The notes: a model not told the origin generated them from the sequence alone. 63,378 nucleotides of DNA, filler included, from Octopus bimaculoides (GCF_001194135.2; 8 parts of 6 records of this genome joined end to end with filler, not necessarily neighbours in it); one strand, 5' to 3'. Positions 36,186 to 51,172 are shown, numbered from the whole stretch's first letter. Numbers and translations: made by a program.

Positions 36186-38096
36186 TGATAGAATAAGTAC
36201 CAGGCTTAAAAACAAAAACATTTGGGCTTGATACATTGAACTAAACATTTTTCAAGATGATGCCCCAGCATGGTCACTGCCTAATGACTGAAATAGGTAA
36301 AAGGTAAAAGGTAAAAGAATGTGTGTGTGTGTGTGTGTGTGTGTTTGCCTTATTGACCTGACATTGCATAATACCATACACCATTATATATATAATTTCA
36401 AATCTAATTGGTGTAAATATTTTTAATTTAACATGCAACAAATTTCATGCAACCAGCATAGGTATCTTCAGAGATGATGGTATATAAATGAAATAAATCA
36501 CACAGTTTATGGAAGGACCTAACTAAGCCAATCAATGACTTGAACCTAAAAATTCCAGAGAATAACCTCAAAATAATAAATTTTTGATATGTAACATATA
36601 TCGTTAATGATAAAAAATTTCAATCTTATATTGAAATTCCCCAAATTAATCTTGTATGTAGGCCATAATTCTAACTACCTAACCATGAACTCTTAGAAAT
36701 TTATCTACTAACTTGAGTGAATGAATCTCTGTAATCTCATTCAATGAAACAACATTCAATGAATGATATGCTTGTAAATATGCACTGGCAACTAGTGCTT
36801 TCAAAGAAAGCTCTAAATATCATAGATAAACACAATCCTATAGGAAGTAAATGCAAAAGAAAACCCATGTGGCTTCAGTCACCATATTCAATAAATAAAA
36901 CTATCGTGATGAGCAAAACCTTCCTCTGTCTTGTAAGCAACCATTTTCCTTGAACTTAAGTAAAGAAAATCCTTAAACCCCAAATTACTCAAAATAAGCT
37001 GCTTGGTAGGAACAATCTTTTTTCAAACACTGGCATTCATTAATAAGAAGATAATGAATAAGCCCAAGTGGCAACAGAACAGAGAAATGCAGTTACCATT
37101 CTCAAAGCATTTTCACAGTAAATAGAATAAATGGTAAATGCCTCAAAAAGAAAAAAAGAAAATCAGCTACACATGCAGCTCCTGCCATATCTAACATTGA
37201 TGAATGAATGTTTGTTAGATATTTATTATATAGAAATAACTGCTAATCAGTTTAAGAATAGACTCTATTAACATAATTATACATTTAGGAGATTGCAAAG
37301 AATGGACACAACACTTGCAAGATACATTTCATTTTTGTAAAATAATAATATATACCATATTAATAAGTGGTGATGCTTAGGTAAAGCATCAACAAACACA
37401 CGATACCATCTCTACATCCTAAAAATGGCATTTATGTGGAAACAACAAACCAAAATATTGAATAAATACACAAAATTCATTTCTTCATACATTTACATGT
37501 GGATGTTCATCCTTAAATATCACAGTGGCATATCAAAAGTAGTTGCATGATAACCAAATAAAGCATTTTCTCTTCCCTTCTCAAATAGTATCTAATGGCT
37601 TAATTTGCAATAGTGTCAGAATGACCTCCCCTACATACCGATCTCTGACCTTTTTCTAAATAAATGAACATACAATAATAATTCAATAAATTGGATTATT
37701 TACATAAACATGGGTTGTTTTCAAAAACTCACAAAGCAAACAAAAGTTCTCTCTTCTTTTCTTTTAATGCATACACATACATACCAGTACACTTTGATAG
37801 AAATGCAAACATTGAAATATATTTCAACAGATGCAGATATAGAAATATATAAAACTGTGAACATGGACACACAGACACAGAAAACCTACAAACACAATGG
37901 CCACTGAAAACATGCTCCTTATAAATCATATGAATCTAGCAACACATACAACAGTTTGCCTATCCATCCATCCATCTATTCATCCAATCACCTACCCATC
38001 TATCCATCCATCCACCCATTTATCGGTCTGTCTGTCCGTCCCTCCCCATCCATCCATCCATCAATCCCTCCATACATCCAAATATCTATCTATCTA

Positions 38097-38149
<53 letters not shown>

Positions 38150-38151
<2 letters not shown>

Positions 38152-38452
38152 CGAAGGCATGTGGCTTAGTGGTAAGGGCATTTGGCTCATGATTATAAGG
38201 TTGTAAGTTCAATTCCTGATGACACAGTGTGTCCTTGAGCAAGACAATTTATTTCACATTGCTCCAGTCCACTCAGCTGGCAAAAATGAGTAGCCTTGTT
38301 ACACTCTGTGTCACACTAAATCTCCCCGACAACTACATTAAGGGTACACATGTCTGTGGAGTGCTCAGCCACTTGCACGTTAATTTCACAAGCAAGCTGT
38401 TCCATTGATTGTATCAGCTGGGACCCTTGTTGTCACAACCGATGGAGTGCTC

Positions 38453-38455
<3 letters not shown>
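38150..38455 (+). mobile_element. CORE/long-form SINE
   Basis: TGGCTTAGTGG A box, AGTTCAATTCC B box, TGTGTCCTTGAGCAAGACA. Confidence 0.8.
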
Positions 38456-38494
<39 letters not shown>

Positions 38495-38727
38495 TCAGTC
38501 CCATTGCACAGCACCTTATGCAAATCTCTTCTATAGCCCCATGCAGACCAAAGCCTTGTGAGTGGATTTCGTAGATGAAAACTGAAAGAAACCCATCATA
38601 TGTATATGAATGTGTGTGTGTGTGTGTGTGTGTACATGCATGTGTTTGTTTCCTCCTCACTGCTTGACAACCAGTATTGGTTCATTTATGTCCCTGTAAC
38701 ATAGTGGTTCAGCAAAAGAGAGAGAGT

Positions 38728-38781
<54 letters not shown>

Positions 38782-39222
38782 CTAAATACCATGCTTGAAA
38801 AAAAGCAATAAAAAAAATAAGTACTGGGAATGATTTGTTTGAGTGGGTCCTTCAAACCAGTGCCCAAGCATGGCACCACATCAATGATTGAAACAAATAA
38901 AAGGTAAAAGCAACTAAAAGAAATGATATCCATACATATGTATGTATATATCTGTTTATCAGCCTATCTATTACATTCACCAACTATTTGACAAAATTCA
39001 AACTGGGAGTGTATGTTATACCACTTGACCTATCACAGAGGTCCCAGCAGCTGATCTGTTTATATACACAACAAATTCAGTAGCTTCAGAGAATTGGAAT
39101 GATTAATTTGCATACCATAAAACTACTTAACACTTTAGTGTCAGCAGCCTGCCAATGGAACTCTCACTCCACACAGTATCAAGATATGATGTAATATATA
39201 ACACACATACACACACCCGCAT

Positions 39223-39260
<38 letters not shown>

Positions 39261-39429
39261 NNNNNNNNNNNNNNNNNNNNNNNNNNNNNNNNNNNNNNNN
39301 NNNNNNNNNNNGACACACAAAGGCACACATACAGAGGCACACACACACAGAGGCACACACGCAGACGCACTCACACAAACATGCACACACACACACACAC
39401 ACATTATGTAGTTGTTGGTTATAGCTGGT

Positions 39430-40870
39430 CACAAAGTTTCTATTGGTTTCATGTCTATTGTTGCTCGTTAAGTGTCTTTAGGTTGCTTTCCAAATCTATC
39501 AACTTATTTCTACCTTTAATCAACTAGGCCTTAACATTACAGTAGATACTAATCTGTCTATAGTTGATTATTTGGATGTTTCCCTAGACCTGAACTCCTC
39601 CTCATATAAGCCTTTCCATAAGCCTAATGAGAAAACCACATATATACATAAACAATCTTGTCATCCTCTTGTAATATTTAAAAACCTGATAGTTAATATT
39701 AATAACAGAGTGTCAAACTTCTCATCCTCTAAATAAATTTTCAAGAAAGCAGCCCCTACTATAACAATGCCCTAGCCAATAGTAGCTTCAAAGATAAATT
39801 AAAATTAAAAAATCCCTGTAATAATAATCAGAATAATAATAATAGATCTAGTGGCATCAAAGATAAAACAATACATAAACCCTCTAGTATTAATCAGAAT
39901 AATAATAAGAGACCTAAAAATAGGCCAAACAAAATTATTTGGTTTACCCCTACTTTTTCCCTTAAAATAAAAACTAACATAGGTAACTGATTTCTGTCTC
40001 TCCTAGACAAACACTTTTCAACAACTTACAGATAAAGGAAAATATTTAATAGGTGTTCTGTGAAATTATCATATAGCTGCTGCCCCATTATGAAGAGTAT
40101 CATTACATGTGGTCAATACTAAGAGTTTATATCCAGTTGTAACTGGCGTGACCCAGGATTCTGTCCACTTGACTAATGATATATGATTAAATCTATCATA
40201 TATGAGGCAGAGGTTACTGCAACCATAAATAAGAATACAACAGATAAGAAAACCTAGGGTTTTTGTGAAGGAATTTAAAAATTGCTATACCAATCACATA
40301 GCCTCCTTCTGACATAAAGACAAAAGCAAAGCTATTAAGTTGGCTAGTTATGTATGGAGTTTGAAAGATAACAAAACACCACATGTTATTAAATGGAAGA
40401 TAATTGAGAAATCCATACTTCATGTTGATGGATCGAATAAATGTAGGTTTTGTTTAGCTGAAAGAGCACAGATCTTGTTGAGATCTAAGATCCCTAACTC
40501 TCTATTGAACTGTAGATCAGAAATTTTCAGTGATTGCAAACATATGTAAAAATATATTTTGAAGTATTGGAATATTCAGCCTATTTCTGATTAACATTTT
40601 GAAACCCTTCCAGCCTTATAATTTAAAGTCTAAGAAGGATAACTCTTTTACCTTTTTTACTTTTTATGCTTTAACTTTTGTTTTTATTTATCCATTTTCC
40701 ATTACTTGTTTTCCATTTTTTTTAATTGTCCACATTTTGTATATGCTGCCTTCTCAGGTTTTTTCAATTTTTTTCAGTTTGTTATGGTATGTGGTTTGTG
40801 TCTGATGAATATGTTTGAGATATTTCTCAACATATGGAACTATTAGTAGCACTTAAAGACATGTTTTGTA
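39430..40870 (+). mobile_element. Penelope-like element 3' half (RT end, GIY-YIG) with terminal hammerhead
   Basis: YLDVSLDLNSSSYKPFHKPN; KIIWFTP.FS..KTNIG; LASYVWSLKD..IKWKII..CRFCLAE..LLN.RSEIFS.CKH. Confidence 0.85.
40798..40852 (+). ncRNA. Type I hammerhead motif with single core substitution (A13G)
   Basis: GTGT-CTGATGA-ATATGTTTGAGA-TATT-TCTCAACATAT-GGAAC-TA-T-TA-GTA-GCAC; all three stems present. Confidence 0.65.
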
Positions 40871-40912
40871 TTCTTTGAATAAAATATATATGCGTAAGTG
40901 TGTATGTGTGCA

Positions 40913-40957
<45 letters not shown>

Positions 40958-41057
40958 NNNNNNNNNNNNNNNNNNNNNNNNNNNNNNNNNNNNNNNNNNN
41001 NTTAATTAATTAANNNNNNNNNNNNNNNNNNNNNNNNNNNNNNNNNNNNNNNNNNNN
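40958..41057. other. Artificial 100-bp linker
   Basis: N44-TTAATTAATTAA-N44. Confidence 0.95.
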
Positions 41058-41094
<37 letters not shown>

Positions 41095-41684
41095 TGTAAT
41101 ATGTAAACACACGCCCATACATATACACTTATAAACACACACATATGCATACATACACATGCCTGTGTGTGTTGCGTGTGTGGCATGTATGTATGTGCGT
41201 TGCATGTGTGTGTGTGTGTGTGCTTGTGTGTGTTATACATATTAAACTTGGCTTTCTTCAAACTGACAAGCAATCAACAGCCAATATTCGGTTATGTATA
41301 TATAAAAGATGACAGGAATTTCAATCGCAATTCAGACTTTGTCGATTGCACAAGAAAGAATTAAACGTTTTGTTAAAGAAAGTAAATCTTCACAAGTCCA
41401 TCGCAATTGTGATTATCTTCCTCTTGCCCACTTCACCGGACTCCCTTCTTCTATCTCTTTCTCTCTCTTTCTCTCTATATCTCTGTTTCTTCGCAGTCTC
41501 TTTCTTTCTCTTCATTTATCTGCTATATATATATCTGTTTGTCTCTGTATTTCTCTATCTCTCTGTTTCTGTTTCTCTCTCTGTTTCTCTCTCTCTACAC
41601 ACACACACATGCACACACAGACACACACAGAGACAGACACACAGACATAGTCACACAGACATAGACACACAGACAGACACACGC

Positions 41685-41747
<63 letters not shown>

Positions 41748-41959
41748 GACACACACAGATACTAGTTGGACGTACCCGGTAGTTCACAGGAAAGCGGGAC
41801 TTATTCCTTGGTTCTGTCCTCATAACTGTTTCGCTAATCCAATAACAACAATACAAAGTTGCACAGAATTTGCCTTCTTGGTATGGGCAAAATCATCAAG
41901 AAGCTATTAAATTGTTGAAGAGAACAGATAGCAAGTCCACTACTCATGCAAGTCTCCAG

Positions 41960-43377
<1,418 letters not shown>

Positions 43378-43533
43378 ATGTCTTGCGTATTGCTCTCACC
43401 CTGGGATAACATTCTCTCCTGATCCTTTCCCTCATCACTGAATGCCTGATTCCGTCCCCTTCAAGTACCCCTAGGTATTTGGTGTTATCCGCTGGTTCTG
43501 ACTCTTTTATGACATTCTGCTAGTCAAGGTTAA
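43378..43533 (-). repeat. Inverted duplication of 42484-42638
   Basis: Near-identical reverse complement running to the end of the contig piece. Confidence 0.85.
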
Positions 43534-43633
43534 NNNNNNNNNNNNNNNNNNNNNNNNNNNNNNNNNNNNNNNNNNNNTTAATTAATTAANNNNNNNNNNN
43601 NNNNNNNNNNNNNNNNNNNNNNNNNNNNNNNNN
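43534..43633. other. Artificial 100-bp linker
   Basis: N44-TTAATTAATTAA-N44. Confidence 0.95.
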
Positions 43634-43682
<49 letters not shown>

Positions 43683-43914
43683 TTGTGTGTGTGTACATAC
43701 TGTATTGTAGTATCAAGCCACATTTTACTGTATATAATCACTTTGTACTCACTATTTCACTATTGTTTAATCAACATTGGAACATAGTGTTTAGGCTGCC
43801 CTCTAGTGTTTTGACTGTGCTGCACTGTTTAGTCTCTACTACACTGTATGTAATCTGCACTGTACTGTTGTGTGTAGTTTAGATTCTGTTGCATAAAATA
43901 CAGCCTATAGTTAA

Positions 43915-44430
43915 TAGTGAAGGCGCATGGCCTAACGGTTAGGTGTGTTACACTCATGATCGTAATATCGTGGGTTCGATTCCCGAAACGGGGATGTTGC
44001 TCCAGTCCACTCAGCTGTAAATGATTTCCAACAAAAGATGGAGAGTTCACCCTTCGACGGACAGGCGCCATGGAAATCGGGTAATCGGTGCTATGTGTTC
44101 TAAGAGTCGATATCGTAATGTAATCAAAAATAATCGCAGTTAATCGTCAGATTACTGTACGGTAATCGCTGTTCAGCAATGTAGTGTTTACTATGGCAAG
44201 TCTCCTGGACATTAATTTCCCGAAGCCTAAGATCCAGGACCGGTTACTTTGTTACCCATTTACCATGGCGTATAAGTGACCGAAATCACAGCCTGAATGG
44301 GGTGTCAGTCCGTCGCATGGTTACTCATTTACAGCTCAGTAGACTGTGGCAACGCACCGCTTAGTCTGGGAATCGAAACCACAATCCTGAGTCTAACACC
44401 CTAACCTCTCGGCAAACCATGCGCTCTACT
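43915..44430. mobile_element. Two SINE copies in convergent orientation (43915-44095 +, 44200-44430 -)
   Basis: tRNA heads GGCGCATGGCCTAACGG..GGTTCGATTCC and reverse-complement GGAATCGAAACC. Confidence 0.65.
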
Positions 44431-44439
44431 ATAACGCTT

Positions 44440-45230
44440 AACCTACATCATAATGTAGTATCTTGACTACGTTAAAATTTACCATAGTGTCTAGTCTGTG
44501 GTGTACAGTAGTGTCTGCTCTGCAGTAATATTTAGTCTACACTGTACTGTAGGGATTACGCTATACTGTACTGTAGGCTTTTTCTTTACACTGTACACTA
44601 TTGTTTACGGTACAGTATGCAATAACGTTTGATCTACACTGTACTGTTGTGTTTCTTCTTCACTGTACTTTGATGCTTAGGCTTCACTGTACTAAAGCGG
44701 TTATCATCCACGGTGCTACACAGTATTGCTGCAATCGTTAGGCTACATTGTACTCAAGCATTTAGTTTATACTGTACTGTAGTCTTTAGTTTTCACTGTA
44801 CTGTAGTATTTAGCATACACTGTACTCTGGTCTATACTGTACAGTAATATTTGGTCTACACTGCTGTGTTTTGTCTTCACTGTATGGTAGAGTTAAGTCT
44901 ACACTGTCCTGTAATGTTCCGTCTACACTTTCCTGTAGTATTTAGTTAAACTATCCTGTAGTGTTTACACTGCAGTGTAATATTTTGTATACACCAAACT
45001 GAAGCATCTACTCTACACCCTTGTCTAATTAGTCTGTATAATAATGTAGTGACTAGACCTGTAAATTTTTTCTGTACTGTAGTGTTTGGGTTTTTTTTCA
45101 CTGTACTGTAGACATTGCTCTACACTGTACTGTAGCGTTTGATCTAGATTGTAGTGTAGAGATCGATCCACATGTAGCGTTTGATCTACACTGTAGACTG
45201 TTGTCTATGTCGCACTGCAGTGTTTATTGT
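44440..45230. repeat. Diverged ~25-nt tandem array, consensus TTTAGTCTACACTGTACTGTAGT
   Basis: Roughly 25-30 imperfect units with variable spacers. Confidence 0.8.
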
Positions 45231-45600
45231 CCGATTTAATTGCTGTGTATATTCCTCGTAGTTCTGAGTTGGTGTCTTATGCTGTAAAAATACATTTGTA
45301 AATAAGTTTTAAATATGTACTTCAAATAAACATACGTTTAGCATCACTGCACGGATTTCCCCTATGTTTAAAACGAGGTTTTAAACATGGGGGAAATCCC
45401 TATGTTTACCTCAGGAACCAGATATAGTCATTTAAAGAAATGCATGAACCTTGTGAGCCACAGTTTGGTCACCGTTGGAATACATTGTACAGATATCTGC
45501 TCTACTGAAATTGCACTGAACGACAGAGCTTGGTCTACAGATTAATGTGCTCTTTGGTAAATCTGATGCTGTTACGGTTGCACTGAACTGTATTTTACAG

Positions 45601-45646
45601 ACAAGATTGTGCTGTGAGAGAACAGATGGCTGAGTTAACAGAGATT
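45601..45646 (+). CDS. Candidate isolated 46-nt exon, product unknown
   Basis: GTATTTTACAG acceptor and GTAAGT donor; only one open frame (QDCAVREQMAELTEI, phase 2 to 0); no homology recognised. Confidence 0.3.
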
Positions 45647-47033
45647 GTAAGTTCGTATTTGTTCATGGGCACCGTCTCTTTAACTTAGGCACTTAGCTTT
45701 CAAATAGACAATTTTTACAAAATTTTGATTATGGGTCTGTCGGGTGAATTATGGCATCACCTATGACGTACTTGGCAGAGATTCTGTGACTGATGAGAAC
45801 AAAGGAAGTTGTCCCCAGGATGGAGATATGGCTAGAATACTTGCAATAGAGTAAACTTCACTAAAGGCACCGAAGGCCAAATGGTGGTGTTTAACGTGCG
45901 ATGAGTCAAATCTATCGCTCCGAAACAGAAACTGATCCTCAATCAAGCTCTCATATGTTTTCTGCCGAAATCACGGACGTCAGGTAGACTCCTGTGGGCT
46001 TTCGGGAGACAGAGATATGTTAGTTGTATAAGAGACTGTATTAGAGATGCATCTTCCCTTGTTATATAGCCCTACCAAGCAGACTTTTTCCCCTTTAGTA
46101 ATTCATGTCTAATGTCTATTTACTGAAGGATTCATTAGCGAGAGAAAAGCTGAAATTATCTTATTTATCGCTCTAATCAACTTTTCTTACCTATTCTTTC
46201 GATTAGCAAAATGTGTGCGAGTGTAGGTACCGTTATTTGTGCCGTTAAAATTGTTCAAAATAAGATTATTTTTCAGTCAGAAAAAAATTGTTTCTTCTTG
46301 TGCAATACATGTAATCTCCTGAGAAATTAAATTTGCTTTCTTTCTTTTTTCTATTTTCTGTTCGTAAAAATTGTTTGTTTTTGTTCTTGTTTTGGAGAAG
46401 CTTTCAGGAAACTATACTATTTACGAGGCGAAGAATTTTCTGTTTTTCTCTTTTTTTCTTCCTTTTTTTTTTTTTGCAAATTATTCTTTTCTCCTAAATA
46501 GGGAAAACGAGACACGAAAATATATTTTTACCTCTGTACATAGAAGTTCCACGTATTCACCTGGTGAAAATCCAAAATACTGATAGCGAAGCAAAACACT
46601 TCGGATCACATTCGGGACAGTACTGCTCCTGCTGCTGAACACAGATATTCTAGATAGCATCCAGAAAAGGGACACCCAATTCATTAGCATAAATTCACCC
46701 CCAGATTCATTCCAGCCTCTCGCCCGAATGGATGGTGTCTCCTCTCGTAGCCTTCTCTATATCACTACTATAATGCCAGCTAACTGGGCATTCACGATCC
46801 ACTCGTCTCTCCTCCTCCCATTACCCTTGTGTCTAATCCCCTCCACTCCCTCGCTCCACACTAATCACTATGCCCAATTCTTCCTCCCCAGAGTGTCATC
46901 CTCTGAAATTGTTCGCCACATCATGTTTTCCCCTCAGGTGTTGACTTACAAAGGGTCACCAGAAACATTAATGACATCAATCCCACCAAATAACATGGGT
47001 ACTGCCCTTTGCTCTAGGCCCAGCTAATGATGA

Positions 47034-47067
<34 letters not shown>

Positions 47068-47098
47068 GGTGGTGGTGGTGGTGGTGGTGATGATGATG

Positions 47099-47198
47099 NN
47101 NNNNNNNNNNNNNNNNNNNNNNNNNNNNNNNNNNNNNNNNNNTTAATTAATTAANNNNNNNNNNNNNNNNNNNNNNNNNNNNNNNNNNNNNNNNNNNN
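47099..47198. other. Artificial 100-bp linker
   Basis: N44-TTAATTAATTAA-N44. Confidence 0.95.
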
Positions 47199-47269
<71 letters not shown>

Positions 47270-47288
47270 GACAGACAGACAGACAGAC

Positions 47289-47344
<56 letters not shown>

Positions 47345-48364
47345 GGCGAGGGCTAAAAAGAAAGGCACTCGCGCACGCACATGGGCAAACATATGTATAT
47401 TGCCCAGGGGCTAAACAACAATACTGACTGTTCATGTACTTCAATTTTTTAAGAAAAATAGAGAACAAACTCATTGCCCATATTCGAAACACTATCTAGA
47501 CCTTCCTGTGCCAATCAGCCTTCAACGGTTATTTTTCCAACTTCGCTTTGGAGTTGGTGACAATTTTGTCTGAGAATAGAACTACGATGGTAACTCTTTA
47601 AAGATTCTTTGAGAGTGATGGCAGTAAAGGGGAGATTTATCCTTAGTTAGGTGAGGAGGGTTTGACAGAATGCTAGCAACAGCGCTGCGCTACTAAAGAC
47701 CCCAAAGTGCCGGTCTGTGGTTTTACATCAGATGATGGAGAATCAACTGCCAAAGAACATGTGTATTACTGATCCAACGAGGGAGCCTGTGTGTACTTAT
47801 TCTACCTGCTAAAAATTATAACTAAATCCTCTAATTAGACCCTACCGTCTTCGAATAGACCACGTGTTCTTGGGTTTCCTCCTGGTGTAAAATGATGGGA
47901 CTGCCAAGGCTGGAATGGAAGTAAACAATAACAAGGACGTGCAGACCATCTCACGGTTGTTTCCGCAGTTTCCCTTCAGCTCAATGTTTCCCAAACTTAA
48001 ATTTCCCACGAATCTAAGTTTTTTTTTTAAACGTCTCTCTACACAATTTCCTTACTGAACAACAGACTCATTTTCTCAATTTCATTTCTCAACTGAAAGA
48101 TGTGTGTAAGATGTGAATGCACAACCAAATAGCCCAAATACCATTAACAATATTAATCCTTTTACTGCGGAAATCAGATATATCCACTCAAAATTTCGTT
48201 ACCCTTAACTACGGAAAGCAGTTTCATATAATAACCTATCTTTTGTTGGGGAAGGTCATATTAGAAACTATTTTTCGTTGAGATGTCTTGTATCTTTAAT
48301 CTTTTACTTCTTTCAGTCATAATGGTTTTAGTCAACATACACACATAGGTACGTATATATTTTG

Positions 48365-48453
<89 letters not shown>

Positions 48454-49043
48454 ATCATCNNNNNNNNNNTATATGTACGACGAGATTCTTTCAGTTTCCA
48501 TCTACCAAATCCACTCATAAGGCTTTGGTCGGCCCAAGGCTATAATAAGAGACATTTGTCCAAGGTTCCACACAGTGAGACTGAACCCGGAACCATGTAG
48601 TTGGGAAGCTCACAGTCATGTCAAATTTTATTGAGGTAACGTCACTTGCAGAAAATAACAATTCAATTTTTTCATAAATATTTACCACCATTACTGAAAT
48701 AACCATAAAATCTAAATTCGCACTTAAAAGATTAATGAAAAACACTTCCTTAACGAGGCACGTGGTGCTGCATTGTTGATGCTATGATCCAGATTTCAAG
48801 CTAAATCGTAAACAGTCTGAAATGTAGAGTAGTTTTTAAAAGAAAGAAGCTCAAACTAATTAGACCATTCCTGCAGATTTGGAAGCTATTTTGAAACTCT
48901 GAGCCTTATAGTATGTAATTGTACATTTTACAACGGAGCGTCTCTGAATTTTGAACTTAGCTCCCGAATCTCCAAAACTTTTCACACGGCTTAGAGGAAT
49001 AGTCTAATATGTATGTATGTATGTATGTACACACAAATGTATA

Positions 49044-49571
49044 CAGTACTACCTTACTTTACGAGGATCCGCTTTACGAGACCCAGGTTTACGAGTTTTA
49101 TTTTTCAAACACAAGATCCAAATTTTGAACGAAGTGCAAAACTTTCTGCTAGCATAGCAAATGCTTCTGCGAGTCATTAAGAAATTTACAGAGTGTGAAA
49201 GAAGAGCTTCTTCTAAGCAAACAACTCTAGGCTTGTTTTTTTAAAAAGAAATCTACAAGTCCATCTACGATCGCGTTTACAAGAGATGGTCTGCGCAAGT
49301 CTAGTGCAAGTGAAAGTGATTCAGAAAACAATTATAATAACTAATATTTTTTTATTAAAAATGATGTTGACATTTTTTTTACTTTACATAAAATATTCTT
49401 TACATTTTACTGTTGTTTTATTGCCATTTATTTATTAGTATTATGAATTTTATGGGTAAAATATTTTTCTGGTAATAAATTACAATTTATAACATTGCTA
49501 CTTTAGGAAATTATTGCTCTGCTTTACGAATTTTCGTTTTAGGAGCGACCTCGTATATCGATGCATTACTG
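49044..49571 (+). mobile_element. Non-autonomous Tigger/pogo-like DNA transposon
   Basis: TA-flanked imperfect TIRs CAGTACTACCTTACTTTACGAGG / CCTCGTATATCGATGCATTACTG; internal KQTTLGLFF resembles the Tigger transposase C-terminal KQTTL..FF. Confidence 0.6.
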
Positions 49572-49692
49572 TATATATATGTGTGTGCACGTGTGTGTGT
49601 GTATGTGTGTGTTTGTGTGTCTGTGTGTATGTATATATGTATATATATGTGTGTATATAGATATTGTATGTATATATATATATATATATATA

Positions 49693-50264
49693 GGCGTTGG
49701 AGTGGCTGTGTGGTAAGTAGCTTGCTTACCAACCACATGGTTCTGGGTTCGGTCCCACTGCGTGGCACCTTGGGCAAGTGTCTTCAACTATAGCCTCGGG
49801 CCGACCAAAGCCTTGTGAGTGGATTTGGTAGGCGGAAACTGAAAGAAGCTCGTCGTATATATGTATATATATATATGTGTGTGTGTNNNNNNNNNNNNNN
49901 NNNNNNNNNNNNNNNNNNNNNNNNNNNNNNNNNNNNNNNNNNNNNNNNNNNNNNNNNNNNNNNNNNNNNNNNNNNNNNNNNNNNNNNNNNNNNNNNNNNN
50001 NNNNNNNNNNNNNNNNNNNNNNNNNNNNNNNNNNNNNNNNNNNNNNNNNNNNNNNNNNNNNNNNNNNNNNNNNNNNNNNNNNNNNNNNNNNNNNNNNNNN
50101 NNNNNNNNNNNNNNNNNNNNNNNNNNNNNNNNNNNNNNNNNNNNNNNNNNNNNNNNNNNNNNNNNNNNNNNNNNNNNNNNNNNNNNNNNNNNNNNNNNNN
50201 NNNNNNNNNNNNNNNNTATATATATATATATATACATACATACGTACATACATACATACATACA

Positions 50265-50298
<34 letters not shown>

Positions 50299-50440
50299 CA
50301 TACATGCATATACGACGGTCTTCTTTCAGTTTCCGCCAACCAAATTCACTCACGAGGATTTGGGAGATCCTGACCATAATAGAGGACTGAGTCTGGAACA
50401 ATGTGCCTGGGAAACAAACTTCTTACAACATACCCACGCA
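49693..50440. mobile_element. Two copies of the same SINE in inverted orientation around a gap
   Basis: 49693-49860 (+) and about 50310-50440 (-). Confidence 0.7.
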
Positions 50441-50857
50441 TGCGACTATCTATCTATATATATACACATACATATAGTAAAAAAACAAAAACAAGGGAAA
50501 TGCACAGGAATTTTATGTTGGACAATGCGTGTGTGTTTGTGTGTGTCTGTGTGTGTGTGTGTGTGTATATGTGTATGTATGTGTGTGTGTATGTGCGTGC
50601 GCTTGTGCTCGCGCGTGTGTGCATATGTATTTTTATTTATGAAATAGAATATTTACAGAGTCGACCGGTTTTGCTTATGCTAATCATGACTAACTAGTTA
50701 GTGATAATGCTACAAATTCATGCACTCCATGTTAGTAGGAGGAAGGATATTTTGTAAATATCCTTCTCTTAACACAAAATGAAACATTATCACTAACTAC
50801 TTGGTGAGGATTAGCATAAGCAAAACTGGTCGAATATGAGAATATTTCATTTAATAC

Positions 50858-50896
<39 letters not shown>

Positions 50897-50962
50897 ATAA
50901 ATGCACCCACACTCATAAACACACACGCATACATACATACTTAAATATAGACATGCATATAC

Positions 50963-50996
<34 letters not shown>

Positions 50997-51006
50997 ATTC
51001 ATATAT

Positions 51007-51106
51007 NNNNNNNNNNNNNNNNNNNNNNNNNNNNNNNNNNNNNNNNNNNNTTAATTAATTAANNNNNNNNNNNNNNNNNNNNNNNNNNNNNNNNNNNNNN
51101 NNNNNN
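51007..51106. other. Artificial 100-bp linker
   Basis: N44-TTAATTAATTAA-N44. Confidence 0.95.

Positions 51107-51172
<66 letters not shown>

Noticed and set aside
44440-45230. CRISPR-like repeat/spacer appearance
   Set aside because: Degenerate repeats, very short spacers, eukaryotic context and no cas genes.
45761-45946. FGAFSEVY resembling a kinase glycine-rich loop
   Set aside because: No GxGxxG and no downstream VAIK/HRD/DFG context.
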